Of a DNA stretch of 64,000 nt, positions 1 to 15,210 are shown piece after piece. Under the pieces are notes generated by a model, which saw nothing but the letters and a program-made list of their open reading frames with translations, was not told where the DNA came from and searched no databases. The stretch covers positions 27,218,001-27,282,000 of the forward strand of contig CM022672.1 in assembly GCA_012295275.1 (NCBI GenBank), read 5' to 3'. Both the position numbers and the translations under genes were made by a program. Position 1 is the stretch's first letter; every line of letters begins with the position of its first letter. This stretch comes from Chrysomallon squamiferum (taxonomy: Eukaryota; Animalia; Mollusca).

Positions 1-196
1 TTCTTTCTCTAACACCCCCACACAACTGCACACTTATATACACACAAACAAACACGCATGTATGCACAGGAACAGACAGGAACACACACACGTACAAGAA
101 TACAAGAGCATACAAATACTGACTCTCTCTCTCTCTCTCTCTCTTGTTTCATACTAGAGTTCAAACGAATAAAAACAAAATAAGCAGTGGAATATA

Positions 197-314
<118 letters not shown>

Positions 315-1319
315 GTTAGACCATATATTCACCGGATCTGCAACTTGTTTATCTCAGGTGATGTACTGCAGAACAACGAGCAGGATGTAGCTTGTTGATG
401 TAAAGAAAAGCAGGTCTCTGTAGCAATACTCATGAAGCTTTTTCTAATCCAACCAGTGCACCGAGTACAATTATTAAATGTAAAATTCACGTACATAAAA
501 CCTAAACATTATTAATTTTAATATCACCTACAGATATTTGTAATATCCATCCACATTCTTTGTTTATGGAGAAATTCAGCAACACTATAAGAAAATAAAA
601 AAATTATAAACTTATGCAAAAACACAAGAAGAAGTATAAAATTGAGTGTATCCAAAACGCCATCCATTTCAAACTCACGCAATCCTTTTGTACATCATCC
701 ATCCGTCCGTCCACAAAGCTACCGAAGATGGTCTCTGGTGAAAACTCCGAGTAGATTTTTATTATACGCGAATAATTAGCGAAGACTCACAATGAAATCA
801 TTTCATTTCAAGGCTTTTGTTAAAGACTCGGTCACTGCTCTAGGTAAAGAGATTACAGACGAATCGATGAGAAGTAAATAAATTTCTGTTGAGCATATTC
901 TGAGTGTTCTCGTACAAAGCAGAATTTCGATCTGTCAAGTCACTGAAGCCTAAAGCGACTGCAGAAAACAAGATAACGCACATGCACACACGTTGTCTTC
1001 ATGTTACCAGGGCAACATGTGCAGTAGCGGGTACAGGTTTTTTCAGAGCCCGGGCTAATTCGATGTCTGGAGTCCCCTTATGTAGGCATATATATGTATA
1101 GGTTAAACATATTATATAGGCCTATATATATATAAAGGCCTATATCTATATATATAAAGCATAATCAAAGAATGTTTTTTAACAGCAGATGGTAGTGTAA
1201 AAAAAACATTTCAAAGTGTTCGATCTAAAACGTAAACAACACGTGTTCTTCTCAACTGTGTCATGGCAAGAAAACAATTAATAAATAAATAGGAATAACA
1301 ACAGCAACAGCAGCAGCAG

Positions 1320-1386
<67 letters not shown>

Positions 1387-2049
1387 TTCCAAAAAAGCAA
1401 CACTAAACCAACAACACACAAACATACACACACACAAAAAGAAAACAACAGAAATAACGCATGTCAGTTTGATTAATATATTTTATTACATTTATTTAAT
1501 TAACAAAATTATTATTTTTATTTTTGGTTCTGGCTGTCTATCCTTATCTGTAACTTCTGTTGGGTCTCTGAGCTGCATCACTTGTAACCCATTGGGATAC
1601 GACAGAGTTGAAACGTCTAGAAAATGTAATATTAATAATAACAAAAAAATGTTCAGTTACTCAGTTTGTATAATGATGGCTGGACCAACAGAAAAGAAAA
1701 ATTTTCATAATCATCTGTTACGTCTTGAAAATCATTAATAAGGATATTTCTGTCATCTGAGTTATCAGCAAGGGTTTAATTTTTTGTTTTGGAGGTTTTA
1801 AGATTGTTAATTTACTTTGAAAAAACAACAACAAAGGTATAAATACAACAGTATAGCCACTGTTGAGTGTTTCTTGATCTGGTGGTCTGTGCAGTTTACT
1901 GTATTTTCAAGAAGTTACGTGTCTAAACGCGTGTTTTTCGCCAGTACTGAGATCATACAGTTCAGACATAGAGAGATATTGATTTGATTGTCTCCGAGTT
2001 GAGGCCATACTTGTCCAATAATCAATGAGACCAATACAGACTTGTTTAT

Positions 2050-2450
2050 GTATGTGTGTGTGTCTATGTATGTATGTATATGTGTGTGTGGTTATGTATG
2101 TATGTATATGTATATGTATGTATGTATGTAAGCATGCACGTATGTATGTATATATATATATGTATGTAAGCATGTACGTATATTGTATGCATATATGTAT
2201 GTATGTTTGTATATATATATATATATTTATGTATGTATGTGTGTATATCTATCTATAATGTATGTATGTATATATATATATTTATATATGTATGGATGTA
2301 TGCATGCATGAACGTATATATCTATGTATGATGTATGTACGTATATATGTATATATGTGTGTGTGTATGTACGAATGCCTGTATGTCACAGTGTATGCAT
2401 ACATTAAAAATGTATGTATGTAATTGTATGTGTTTGTGTATACATGTATG
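2050..2450. repeat. Degenerate (TATG)n/(TG)n compound microsatellite
   Basis: Read directly. Similar ATAC/ATCC arrays at approx 11430-11720, 13320-13420, 15580-15670, 16278-16560, 27662-27890, 34365-34430, 41880-42050. Confidence 0.95.
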
Positions 2451-3086
2451 ATTTCGTCTTTTCTATTTTTAATTTTTAATTTCATGCTTAAAAGATTTCC
2501 TATCGGTTGCCTATTACCGTCCAAGCACGCTATACGTGGATCAGAGAACGCGTCACGATATTCATAAGGGCATTCGAGTCGAAGATTACTATCCAGTTTT
2601 CATCTGTAAAGCCCAGAAGATCAGCAGTATGCCAGAACGTGCCATGCTTGTCTGTTGTTTTTGTCCTGCTGTCATTAATTTTTAACTTTGAGCTCTATTA
2701 TGACAATTCGGTACTGATGGAAAAAACGAATATAATTATTTTACGATAATCCAACATCAACAATATTATTAGGAGAACATTCTTTAATAGCATGCAATAT
2801 ATAAAACATTTAATTGCTAGCCAGTATTGTTGGAGAAAACAACCGAACATTTGAATGATAATAAAATAAAATGAAAAAGAAGAAACAAACCCGATACACT
2901 CACAGAGAACAATATATTTCTCCAGATCTACTGCATAACATCGAGTATTTCCAAATAAAGAGAGCATAATTAATTTCAGTAAAAGTGCAGGCTTTTTAGT
3001 AATTAATTTTCTTTTAGTTACGGTATAATGAAAATGAATTCACTTCAAACTTAATATTTTAATATTACTTCTTCCCATTTTTACGA

Positions 3087-3163
<77 letters not shown>

Positions 3164-3902
3164 ATGGTTGGATGAATTGCTGGATGGGTAAAAGGAAAGA
3201 TAGATGGAAAGTGGGTCGAAAACAAACATAGCCAATAGAGGTTTTGTGTTACCAAGTATTATAATATGACGTCATCATTTCAACACAGTAAATAAGACGT
3301 CGACAATTAACAAACGACATTAAATAACACGCAGGCATTATATAGGTAGATTTTGTGAAAACCTGTGTAAAATATAAATTTTCATCATATTGTAAAAATA
3401 GAAATATAAAATAACTGACTGTCAAACTGTATAAAATATTCTTCGACAAGCAGATTTTCACGAAAAGCTGCTGATAAGGAAGAGGGCGACTGTGTGTCTG
3501 TGTGTGTGTCTGTGTGTGTGTGTCTGTGTGTGTGTGTGTGTGGCGCGTGTGTGTATATGAAATATAAAAATGGCAGCGACAAGGTGAGTGATGATACTTT
3601 CATCTCAGTGTAGCTAATGCGGGAACTCGTACTGCAAAATGTGGCACCGGGAAACTGTTCACATTGGGTACAGAACAAACCAATTTAAACACACACACAC
3701 AAACACACATGTATGTCCGTATAGGTGTGTTTGTCTGTTTATATATATATATTAAATCCAGTTCAAATTTTAAAAAGAATAATCCTATAATAATAATACA
3801 ACAACAACAACAATAATACTAATAATAATTTTAAAAATATATTCTTCTTTACATTTCCTCAGCGCGGATATTTCAGGCCTCGAAATGGACTGCACTTATG
3901 GG

Positions 3903-3937
<35 letters not shown>

Positions 3938-5149
3938 GTAAAAAATTAATAACATACGAAATGAAAAATTAGTATTGTATTATTCACTTTGGCATTTTTT
4001 ATTGTTACCATTTTTTAATTTGTATATTATTTATGTATTATTATTATTGTTGTTGTTGTTGTTATTGTTTTTGTCATTATTATTACTTTATTATTTTTTT
4101 TAAATTAATTACTTAATTAATTATTATTATTATTATACATACATATACAACTTTACGTACACCTTTGTACTAGAATATGACAAATGTACAGAACACAGGT
4201 GTAGGTCAAGGTGGTAGATCTAATTATTTGTCATATGCAATTAGGTAATATAGATTAAAACCGGAAGCAACACGTCCAAGTGGAGACAACTGCGAACTTG
4301 CAGGCAATCGCTGACCTATATTAACCAATTTGTGATGAAGCAGAATTGGTTTTAAAAATAATTATTTCCAAGAACTAAGGTTTTTTAGTTTGATAGAAAG
4401 CCACAGGGAATAACAGATCTCGTGTAATACTTTCAGACTGAACAGAAAATTTGGCTACAAGCGCAAATTTAGAATTAAAAATCGATCGATAGACTGAAGG
4501 GTAAAAAAAAGTGCAGTACAATTTTGTTTGGAAGTTTTGTCTGTAGTCTTGTCAATTTGAAGTAGGTCGAATGTTTCAGTCGGTATATATAATAAATTGG
4601 AATTATCTGTCTGATTTGTAGTCGTATTTTACTTTAATTACTTTCTATTTTTTTAACCACGTTGTTTGATAAATGGACTTTGCTGTTTTGGCTACAAAGA
4701 GAAATAACCAGCCAGCACTCTAATATCGTACATTTGAAGAGACTGCAAAATATGAACTTAAACAAAAGTATTTTTTATTATGAAATCGAAAAAGGACGAG
4801 CACACAAAGAAAAAAAAAAAATAATAATAAAAAATAATAAAACATAATTTTAAAACTCCTGATCTATGTATTTTTACTTTATAAAGGGTAAAACGAACTA
4901 AAATAAAAAATTTATTTATTTGTAATATTTAATTATTATTTATTTATTAATTTAATTTTTTTTTTTTAAAGACACTTCAGCGAAATTAGAACACTGGCAA
5001 TTACCTCACAATTTAGTGTCAAGTAATAGGACAGATATTAAACAGCAGACGGTGGTTGTTGAAACTGTTACATCTCAAATGTTCTTCTACGAAATAACAG
5101 TAACTCCATAGATTCCATTAATGTTACATCATCTTATCTAGACTATTAA

Positions 5150-5450
5150 TATTATATTAAATACTGTGTGCCACTACTATTACTGCTGCTGCTCCTACTG
5201 TTAATATTACTATTAATGCTGCTATTACTATTTGTACTTCTGCTGTTGTTGCTACCACTACTACTTTTACTGCTACAACTACCACTATTATTAATGCTAA
5301 TATTACTAGTACTAAAATTAATACTAATACTAATAATACTAATAATACTGATACTACTAATACTATTAATATCAATATCACTTCTTTAAAAACCCCAGTC
5401 ACTTTCAGTATTAGTATCTCGACTACAACAGACATTAATATTTACTATTA
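5150..5450. repeat. Degenerate (ACT/AAT/GCT)n trinucleotide region
   Basis: Produces spurious poly-L/V ORFs; similar tracts at 28945-29300 and 46290-46395. Confidence 0.9.
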
Positions 5451-6709
5451 CAAATACAGAAAGAACAAATATAAAATAACATTCATAATTTAGAAGGAGA
5501 AAAAGAATAAATTACGAAACTTTAAAATGACAGAAAAGAAAACACAAATCAAGAAAGAAAGAAAGGAATAAGAAAATCGTGTATCGATCTAATTTCAAAG
5601 ACCGTGTTTATAGAGTTTAGCTCGTTTTCAGGGTTACACTGACCGAACGTGCCAAACACTAAGTCTGGAAGATACACATTTACAGAGCGGTGTTTGTCTG
5701 CGCTGCAGTGCAGCAAACAGCATGAAGAACGAAGTAAGACAGAACTGAGAGTCAGACATTGCACGGAATTAAAGTTGAAATCATGTCTTCTCAAATGTGA
5801 CACTTATTCGTCAAAAACGAACAGAAAAAAAAAAAATCTCTTTTTTCTTAAATAATTTTTTAGGCAGATTTGGTGGGAATGGGAGAGAGATAGATAACAG
5901 ACAAAGTGAGAGAGCAAGTTATAAATCTACTTCTTATTAATATATTCAGTTTTTATCCTAATATTTCTACATTCTCAAGCTTAATATATACATACAAAGA
6001 ATAAAAAAACTATAAAAAAAACTATCGTACTGACAGATGACATCGTATATGTTGTTTGTAAAACGTTACTTGTACACATGTAATTCTATATATACTCTTG
6101 CAGTTTTGTGCACATAAAAGGTATATAAAAGTCTTTATGTGAGTGGATTTTTATAGCTACTTTTAGGCCAGTGAGTACATTCACTTTGTGAACTGACACG
6201 TTATGTATTTGAAGTTTACGCGCAAGTTACCAGAATTACGTTCCTGCGAGAAAAAGAAGTTGTTCTAGTCGAATTTTTAAAAGGTAACAGTTTTGATTAT
6301 TTTTCGCATGGCTTTAGTGTAAATGTGTTAAAGGCACTTAAACACTGCTATAGATCTGTTTTAAATACAATCTTTGTGCTCGTTAAATATTTATGCATTT
6401 GTCAGTTCAGGAATATGCACATTTTCAAATAAAGGATTCGATAATTGTACTTTTTCACACCATTAAAGATTTTCTTAAAACATGCAAATCAAGGCAGTTT
6501 AAATCTGTTTCAAGTTGTTTATTTTACTACTGTGTAATTATTTATACTTGTCAGGACATGATCCTTGTAAAATATATAATTCATACTGATATCTATGTCT
6601 GTAGTATGCCTAACCTTTTCTCTGTAGCCACAGATAATGTGAATTATATCATGCGTAAATTTACAAATGTAGTTAAAGAAAAACTGAAAAAAAAGAAAGA
6701 AAGAAATTG

Positions 6710-6900
6710 AAGTAAAGTAAAATAAAAAAAAATAAAAATAAAATTAAAAACAAAAATAAAATATAATAAAAATAAAATAAAATAAAATAAAATAAAATAA
6801 AATAAAGCAAACTAAAGTAAAATAAAATAAAATAAAATAAAATAAAATAAAATAAAATAAAATAAAATAAAATAAAAACAAAATAAAAATAAAAACTAAT
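6710..6900. repeat. (AAAAT)n pentanucleotide tract
   Basis: Read directly. Confidence 0.95.
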
Positions 6901-6929
6901 AAAAAATGTTTTAGTAAATTAATAAATAA

Positions 6930-7110
6930 ATAATAAACGTTTGCTTAACTACATATCACCAGACGTATTTCAGCTGTTGTGGGTCACGTGTTGCTCATCA
7001 TAATAATCAAAGGAGGAAGGAAACTAGGTGTCGCCAGTCTCTAGACTACCCCATCTGTCAGCAGCAAAGTCTCTTTTAACTTAGCACTCACAGACTTTGG
7101 CTGCTACTGG
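6930..7110 (-). mobile_element. Diverged SINE core and 3' part resembling the mollusc-abundant Meta/MESC-type SINE domain
   Basis: Minus strand reads GTCTGTG..TAAAAGA..TTGCTGCT..GTAG..TGGCGACA..GTTTCCT. This block order matches the core as I remember it (not database-verified). An (AAAAT)n run at 6710-6900 sits next to its 3' side. Confidence 0.45.
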
Positions 7111-8904
7111 ATGTCTTCAGCAGGTTTCATTCATCTACACGTCATATTTCATGCGCGTTATAGCCCTGGGCTCCAGCCCACTCTAAAGAGTTGTTTTGAT
7201 GTGGTCTGTTATACAATCCCTGTTTGGGTGATAAAAGTTTAAATGTAAGTAAGTACGATCAGAAAAGAAACGATGCATCTTTTAGTTCAAAAATGAAATG
7301 TTTGCAAGTCTTACAAGTATTTTGAAATATAATTTAAGTGCAGCACGAACTGAACCCAGAAGAGAAAAACTTGTTTGTCAGTCAGTCGAATTTTGAAAGA
7401 TAAACCCTGAAAGTAATACAACTAGAGTTAAGAAACGAAGAATTCTTTTTATAAAGCACGCAGAGATTCTGGTTAAAAAACGTAAAAAGTGACGAGAATT
7501 GATTTTTCAAATGACACATCACATAATGCAGATCTGAGGTAGGAAATTAAACCTTTTACGTAAAGTAAAATGTATTTTTTTGTAAACTGACAGTTATATC
7601 TCTGCCTCAACTCACACTTAGAACAACGTTTGCAAATAATTAGCAAGAATACTATTATATAAAAAAAATATTAGTTCTTTTCCTTTCGTTTTTCTCTTTC
7701 GTTTCCTTTTCGTCATCATCCTGTTTATTTTCGTGACATTTCGATGGACTAGGAAATCTGGGTTACTGCTGAGAGAAATCAAGGACGTCAAGAGACTTCT
7801 ACGATTCCAACAAAAATCAATACACATTAGTGTTTCACCCTGCTACAAGCGTTAAGTCAATTATTAGAACAAAAAAAATGTAATAATACGAGAAACATCT
7901 GAGATAAAGTCATGATATATATTTTAAAATATAATAATGAGGAGGACAAAAAGAATAGAAGAAATAAATGAGGCAGAGGACAATTATGAAGACGTCGATG
8001 GCGACGAAGGGACAACGATGATGAAGAAGATGATGATGGTGACTAAGAAAAATATTAGGAAAATTCTTTGATGTCTTTTTATTCCAGTGATCTCTTTCTC
8101 TTTTTTTATTGCTTGCTGTTTTATTGCTTTTCTCAGATTAAGCTGAGTGTCATGCTGGAGAACTGTCGATGACCAACTTGAAAGCTGCAATCTTCCACGA
8201 ATTATCGAAGGTCCAAGAGATTTTTCAACCAGTTTCTAAGATGAAACAAAATTTATTGTCCCAAACCAGATGGCCCTGAATAATGTTCCACGTCGTCTGA
8301 GCGGAACAAACCCTGAGTTATGAGCAACCAGGGAACTTTACGTGTCAGGATTTGTCATTAGTTATTTAGATTCGCCAAGAGTGTTGATGTATTATCGCTA
8401 GTTTAATGCGACCTGTTTCTTTGACTTCGGTTAATTTGAATTAATGTTTTCCTTCTCAGATCAATATGTTTCCTACTCTCAGCTCCAGGCGTTCTGCTCC
8501 ACTGACCTGTTAAGACCGTTTCCTTGCTGTGGGTCAGTGTTTGGCAATTTTATTAGAGTCTCTGATTGTTTTTTTCTGTCCTGGAACTGAGGCTTTGGTG
8601 ACCGTATCTCTGTCTGTATTTACCTCGAGATGTATGTGTGTGATTTATACACGCACACACAAACACACACACACACACACAGCAAGACATACAGACACAA
8701 ACACATTTTACGTATCTTTTTGTGTTTCGTTCCTCTGCTAATTTCCATCTCTTCTTCTCGCACCTGTTTCCTGCTTGTGTCATTTCCAGTCAGAACCAGT
8801 CAGAACCTGTCACTGTTAAATCAAAATGTGAGAATTTCATAACTGAAGGATTAAAAACAATTTTCTAGTCTGAAATGAAATGTTATTATTATGATTTATT
8901 GTCA

Positions 8905-9164
8905 TGTATCTATCCATGTATGTATGTATCTATCCATCTATCTATATATGTATGTTATTATTATAGGATTTGAATATTCTCTGTATTATGTACGTCTGAG
9001 TAGACTCTGTACACAGTCAATATTCAGGAACGCACTAGCGCAGGAGGACAAAGTTCAATCATGACCTCACAAACACGTCAGATGCCGCTGACGAGACTCG
9101 AACGTGTGACACCCATTCACCCGCACTCCGAAGGCGGACGACGTTACCGTTCAGCCATCAAGAC
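8905..9164 (-). mobile_element. tRNA-derived SINE (tRNA-Arg(UCG)-like head) with simple-repeat tail
   Basis: On minus: A box TGGCTGAACGG (9157-9147), loop CTTCGGA (9133-9127) like tRNA-Arg(TCG), B box GTTCGAGTC (9103-9095). The cloverleaf is degenerate, and it is followed by a unique body and an ATAC/ATAG tail. Confidence 0.65.
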
Positions 9165-9474
9165 AAACTAAATAAAATAAAATTGATGAATTTAAAACAA
9201 ATATGTCAACATATGTATGTAAGTATGTATGTGTGTTTGTAATCTACGTGTATGTATATTAATGCACATACACTTAGTTTATAACTAATAATGAGAATTA
9301 GTCTCGCTCTGTTTAATGTAAAAATCAATACACCAGACTTAGCCTCGGCTCGACCAGGGCAACTCTGAAAACAAGACATCCATTTATGTGTACTAAAAGC
9401 TGAGACTGAACGCGTAATATTGACCGCAAGTATTAATCAGTCGATATCCTTAAATATAATAATGTAACTGATAA

Positions 9475-9527
<53 letters not shown>

Positions 9528-9708
9528 CTGTTACCATAAGTCGATTACAGATCTTTAGGTTCTTTGTTGTTGATGCAGTTCCGTTCCTAGGTTTATATTA
9601 ATAGAGATGTTTAGTACTGAAAGTAATATTATCACGAACAGCTTTATGATGTTGCTTGAAATTATAAAATAGAAAAAGAATTTAAAAAGACCTGGCAACA
9701 CATATATA

Positions 9709-9840
<132 letters not shown>

Positions 9841-10379
9841 CAGAAATGTCCGCTGGAATCAGAAATGAACCTCTTTGATATATCTTTTCATCAGATGTTT
9901 AATGATTAAATAACACGAATACATACGATAAAAATATAAACTTTGTTGTTTATTTACCCAGTTAGTTTTAATCTCAAGTTTATTAATTAAATAACCTTAT
10001 AACACAGTAAGTTATTAGACAAAGCTTTATTCTTCTTTATCGCTTGATGTGAAAACCTTGTAGAAAATTCCTTTTCAATTACTGTCTTCTCCTATTCTAA
10101 GTTAATAAAGTGGAAATCGTATTAGCCTCGTCTCAAGATGCTCTCCCAACAGGTGGCTCTGCTTTTATCAATAAACATTAATCTTATTCATCAGCTTATT
10201 TTGACGGGTTTAAGTGTTAAAGTTAACCTTCGTTAGGCTTCATAGGCAAATTCATAATCTTTATTAAGAGTCGGATTAACATATAACAGAAAATTTAATT
10301 TGACATTTCAAGGGTAAAGATATTAATAACAGAGCGGGAAAAAAACTGCCAAGATATTTTTATATAGTGATGATGATGA

Positions 10380-10435
<56 letters not shown>

Positions 10436-10635
10436 GTTATCCTGAGTATCCGTTTTATCGATGTATTTTACTGACAACCACAGCATTTAATCATAAAAAG
10501 TGTTTTTGTTTACGTGTGTTGTTAAGCTCTTCTCATATATATATATATATCTAGCCATTTCATGTAATCGTGTATTAACCTGTTACGGTAAATGTCTTGT
10601 AATTTTGATGATGGTGTCCTCAAATACCCAATTAT

Positions 10636-10748
<113 letters not shown>

Positions 10749-11679
10749 CACACACTCACTCACACACTCGCGCACACACAACATACATATCTGAAACAAT
10801 TATATTTTCTCCATTTTTATAGTTACTGTAAGCAAAGTATACATTTCTGCTAATAACGTTTATGACAACGATGTCCTGTTCAATTTCCACTAAGTTATTT
10901 CCAATATATTATCATAATTCGTTATCATCTTCAGTGACAGCAACATAATTGCATTTATCAGAGTTGCTTGAGCAACAAGTAATGAATTTTCTTTGCTAAA
11001 GAACACGTAAGTTGTTATCATGGTTGTGACCCTGTTTTTGCCCGGTCGAATATGTCCTAAAGGTTCTGATATTTGCGTTATATTCACTTGTGAACATGTT
11101 CATCAGGTTGCCTTTCTGCTCAAGGCTGTTCTCAAAGATAGCTCAGATCTTGCTTGTAGCTTTTGGAGCACTTCAGCAAACAGTAATCATAGAACTGTGA
11201 TATATATTATTATTTTTTCAGGGACACGGGAAGAAAAAGACAACAGAATAATGATTGTTTGAATTTCCTTGTTCCATAAGAATGAAAACAGAATAAAAGC
11301 ATATAGCTATACGCATGCCTCCGCGAATACACTTACACACACACACACACACACACACACACTCATACACACATAAATATACACATACATTAATTATTAT
11401 ACAAAAATACACCAATAAAAATACATGCATATATATATATACATACATACATACATATATATATATATATGCATATATTCATACATCCATGCGTAAATAC
11501 ATACATTGCACAGTGTAGTTCCATCCATTCATCCATCCATCCATTCATCCATCCATCCATCCATCCATCCATCCATCCATCCATCCATCCATCCATACAT
11601 ACATACTACATACATATATACATCCATCCATCCATCCATACGTACGTACATACATACATACATACATACATACATACAT

Positions 11680-11712
<33 letters not shown>

Positions 11713-14217
11713 TACATTACATCAATTTCAAACCTATTTCTTTGTTTCATTTTGTTTTACAATTAAAGTACAATAACAGCAAGGTCATGAAGGTGTGAAA
11801 TTAGCAGAGAAAACCGCACCGTTGTTCATTTCGGTGTTGTCATGGTAATGACCCTGCGACATAAATTTCGACAGACAAAGGATCACTAGCAGGAGATCGA
11901 GAAATGTGTCTAAATCAAAACATTCGTTCAGATTTGGTGTAAACTTCATACCAATCAGGACCAAATAACAGCGAAAAAATTGTGGAAGATTTTCGTTGAC
12001 TGATTTAATTGTATATAGATACCATGCTTGAATTTATATCTGTATGCACTATTAAATAATCAGAACCATTAAAATCAGTTTTATTTTTAATCTGTTTTAA
12101 AACTGATATTTAGGAATTCTGGTTTTCCGACACAAACGCGCGACTTACTGACCGAAATGTAACGCAACAAAATTAATGACTCTTCCTTTGCAACTTTGAC
12201 CTCCTCTTTTGTGTTATTTATTTCTGAGGATCAAGGTTTACTTAACATTAGGGCGCTATCAACATGTACATCATTTCTACATCCGCTAATTACATTCTGG
12301 AATTACTTTTTCATGCATGTTGAATAACCTTATCTGTCTCGCTCTCGCCTTCCGAATCCATATTCCGCAAGCACATGCAGTATACACAGGTGCATGCAAT
12401 ATGTTTTCTGTAAAAATTGGATAAAAAAAAAAAAAAAACCCCAATGATAATGGCGTTCTGGTGGAAATAAATACGGGTTGTGCTTGAATTTTTCAGAAAG
12501 ATCCGGACACCACTGCCGAAATCTTATTAAGCGAGATGACCATCTTGCAGATTTAAACCGCTTGCACGCTCGTAGATCTTGCTTGAGGACAGGAAGGTTA
12601 AGGTAGCTACATCGATCGCCTGTTTATCGCGACGCGATTCCAGCACCTCTCTGACAAGCGGAAAGTAATCATCTCCCCAAACGCCGAGTGTTAACTCTGA
12701 TGATTTGGTCGCGGTCTTTCTTGGTGAGGCATTTGAAATTAATGTAGATGAAACAACAGTTAGAAAATGTCAATAAATGTTTTGCATTTTCCGGTGGATG
12801 CATTTTTTTTTTTTTTTTTTTTTTCACACTCTTGTATGAGAAAGAAAGAGATAGAGAGAAAAAAAAAATGCAGTAATAATATATTTTATATAAATTGTAT
12901 GTTGTTAGCGGAAAAATGGTTTGTAATTATAATGTGATAATAATGTTACTGTGACCTAACAGGAAGATAAAAAAAAAAAATGAAAGAGGTCCTCTAGTTC
13001 AATGCAGAATTGTTTTGATGTATTTTTGTTTTTTAAATAGAACAGAATAAAAAGGACAAAAACAAGACAAAAACAAAAAGAAAAGAACTTTTTATGCTGT
13101 GTATATCTTGACGGTTTTATGAGTCAACATGAAAAAAGAATATATTAAATTACACTGGTTATTCCACGGTTTCTCTTTAGTAGTAGTAGTTGTTGTACTA
13201 GTGTTAGTATTAGTATTAGAATTTTAAGTTTCATTATCGTGTACTCAAAGCTGCTAGATTCATGTTCATTACTTGAGAATTCTTATATGCAGTCATGCAT
13301 AAATGCATCATTCTTCTTGCTCATCCATCTGTCCATTCATACATCCATCCATCCATTCACACATTCATACATCCATTCATACATTCATACATCCATTCAT
13401 AAATTCATACATCCATCTAATCAGCTAGTCTGTCAGATAAAATGGATCACGTAATCAATAAAAGAATAAACTAACAATAAAACCGTTCAACCATCACAAT
13501 TGTAAGTAAGAAGTGAGACCACCAGTAGAAAATAAAAAAACATTAATACAAATACTAAATAAATAAACAAACAAACAAAAATTAAATAGAAAAAAACATG
13601 AATACATACATGAATAAAGGAATAAACAATGAATATCCATCACTATGATAAAAAAAGAGAAGATGTTGATGTTAATAATGATGATGATGATGATAATAAT
13701 AATAAATAAATAACAACAACAACAAACAATAATAACAACAACAACAACAACAACTAAACTATATTTAATTTAACTGAAGCAAGCTAGGGAATATGATTTT
13801 GAAATCCGAAGATGAACTGATATTTCATTCAACTCATTACTTCCAAAGAATAAAGCTTTGTTGAAAACTGACAAATATCTGTAATACAAGCTTTGAGGAG
13901 CCGAGTATATTGAATCAGTCCTCAGTCAATAGCATATAAACACGAACATGTTTGTAGAAACCAAACATAAATATTAATGATTTTTCTATACGAATTTAAA
14001 AACATATTTACTTTCGGCGGGGAGAGCCGAAGATAACGAACAAAAGACATGGTTAACGTAACAAATTTCCACATCAGTGCAGTGTATTAGACATGCATAT
14101 ATTTATTAGATGATGTTCTTTGTTTGTGTAACTTGATGCAGCACAATCAAGCTTGTACGTCAGGCTTGTAGCTAGGTTAAAATGTAGAGTATTGTAGAAA
14201 GTTTGTATATCAGAAAG

Positions 14218-14338
<121 letters not shown>

Positions 14339-15009
14339 AAATAAAATAAATGCCAGTTCTGGACAAAAGGAGAGGACAGAACAACATCAGAAACGTGGAA
14401 TGAGAAATTTAAAAAAATGAGTTTTAAGAGGATATCAAAATGGTGAAGGGACAAATAAAAGGAATTAGGGTACAGGGGATACCAAAATGGTGGAGAGAGA
14501 AAATGCGAGAGGCAGAAAAAAGCGTTAAGAATGGTGGAATGGAAACGAGAGGAGAAGAGTAAAAGATCAAACAAAGGGAGAAAGGAGGTATCAAGATAAA
14601 TTCCTCAAAAAGATTTAGGTCACCTTTATATTAACAAATCATAAATCGGAATGTCATTATCTTGTACTACTACTTCTATTAATATTAATATTACTGCTAT
14701 TCATGTTACTACTACTACTATGACTACTAATAATCATAATCACAAAGAATACATCTTGAAATCTAAGTCGAATCAAATACTGTATAATCAAGTTTGCAAT
14801 ACAAAATATCTAAAATTAAGTAATTGGTGATAAACTTGTTTTCGTGCAAACTATAATCGGCCCACTAACTACAGACAAATAAGCAGTTGACGTAAAAGAA
14901 AAACATAAACATGACTAATTATGACATAACAATATTTCATATCAACGTTTCATAACATTACTATTACGCTATTATTTTCACACGCCTTTTATTGTTCATG
15001 GTCATGTTC

Positions 15010-15210
15010 TTTTTTATTGGCAGACCGAAGGTCAGGGTCAGACTTTATGTTTTTGGCAGACTGAAGGTCAGGGTCAGGCTATATGTTTTTGGCAGACAGA
15101 AGGTCAGGGTTATGGTGTTTGTTTTTGGCAGACTGAAGGTCGTGGCCATGCTGTCTGGGTTTTGGGGGGGGGTCTTTTTTGGTCTGCTGAAGGTCAGGGT
15201 CATGCTGTCC
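15010..15210. repeat. 36-bp minisatellite, about 5 units
   Basis: GGCAGA recurs at 15019, 15055, 15091, 15127; unit approx TTTTTGGCAGACTGAAGGTCAGGGTCAGGCTATATG. Confidence 0.9.

Noticed and set aside
8127-8280. Acceptor-like site followed by a 36-codon ORF (MTNLKAAIFHELSK..)
   Set aside because: No recognisable homology and no upstream exon; too short to call.
9084-9164. Functional tRNA-Arg gene
   Set aside because: Acceptor, anticodon and T stems pair poorly and the variable region is enlarged; better explained as a SINE head.
12498-12596. AG/GT-bounded open block (RSGHHCRNLIKRDDHLADLNRLHARRS..) with dibasic sites, neuropeptide-like
   Set aside because: No partner exons, signal peptide or recognisable peptide motif; such blocks arise by chance.
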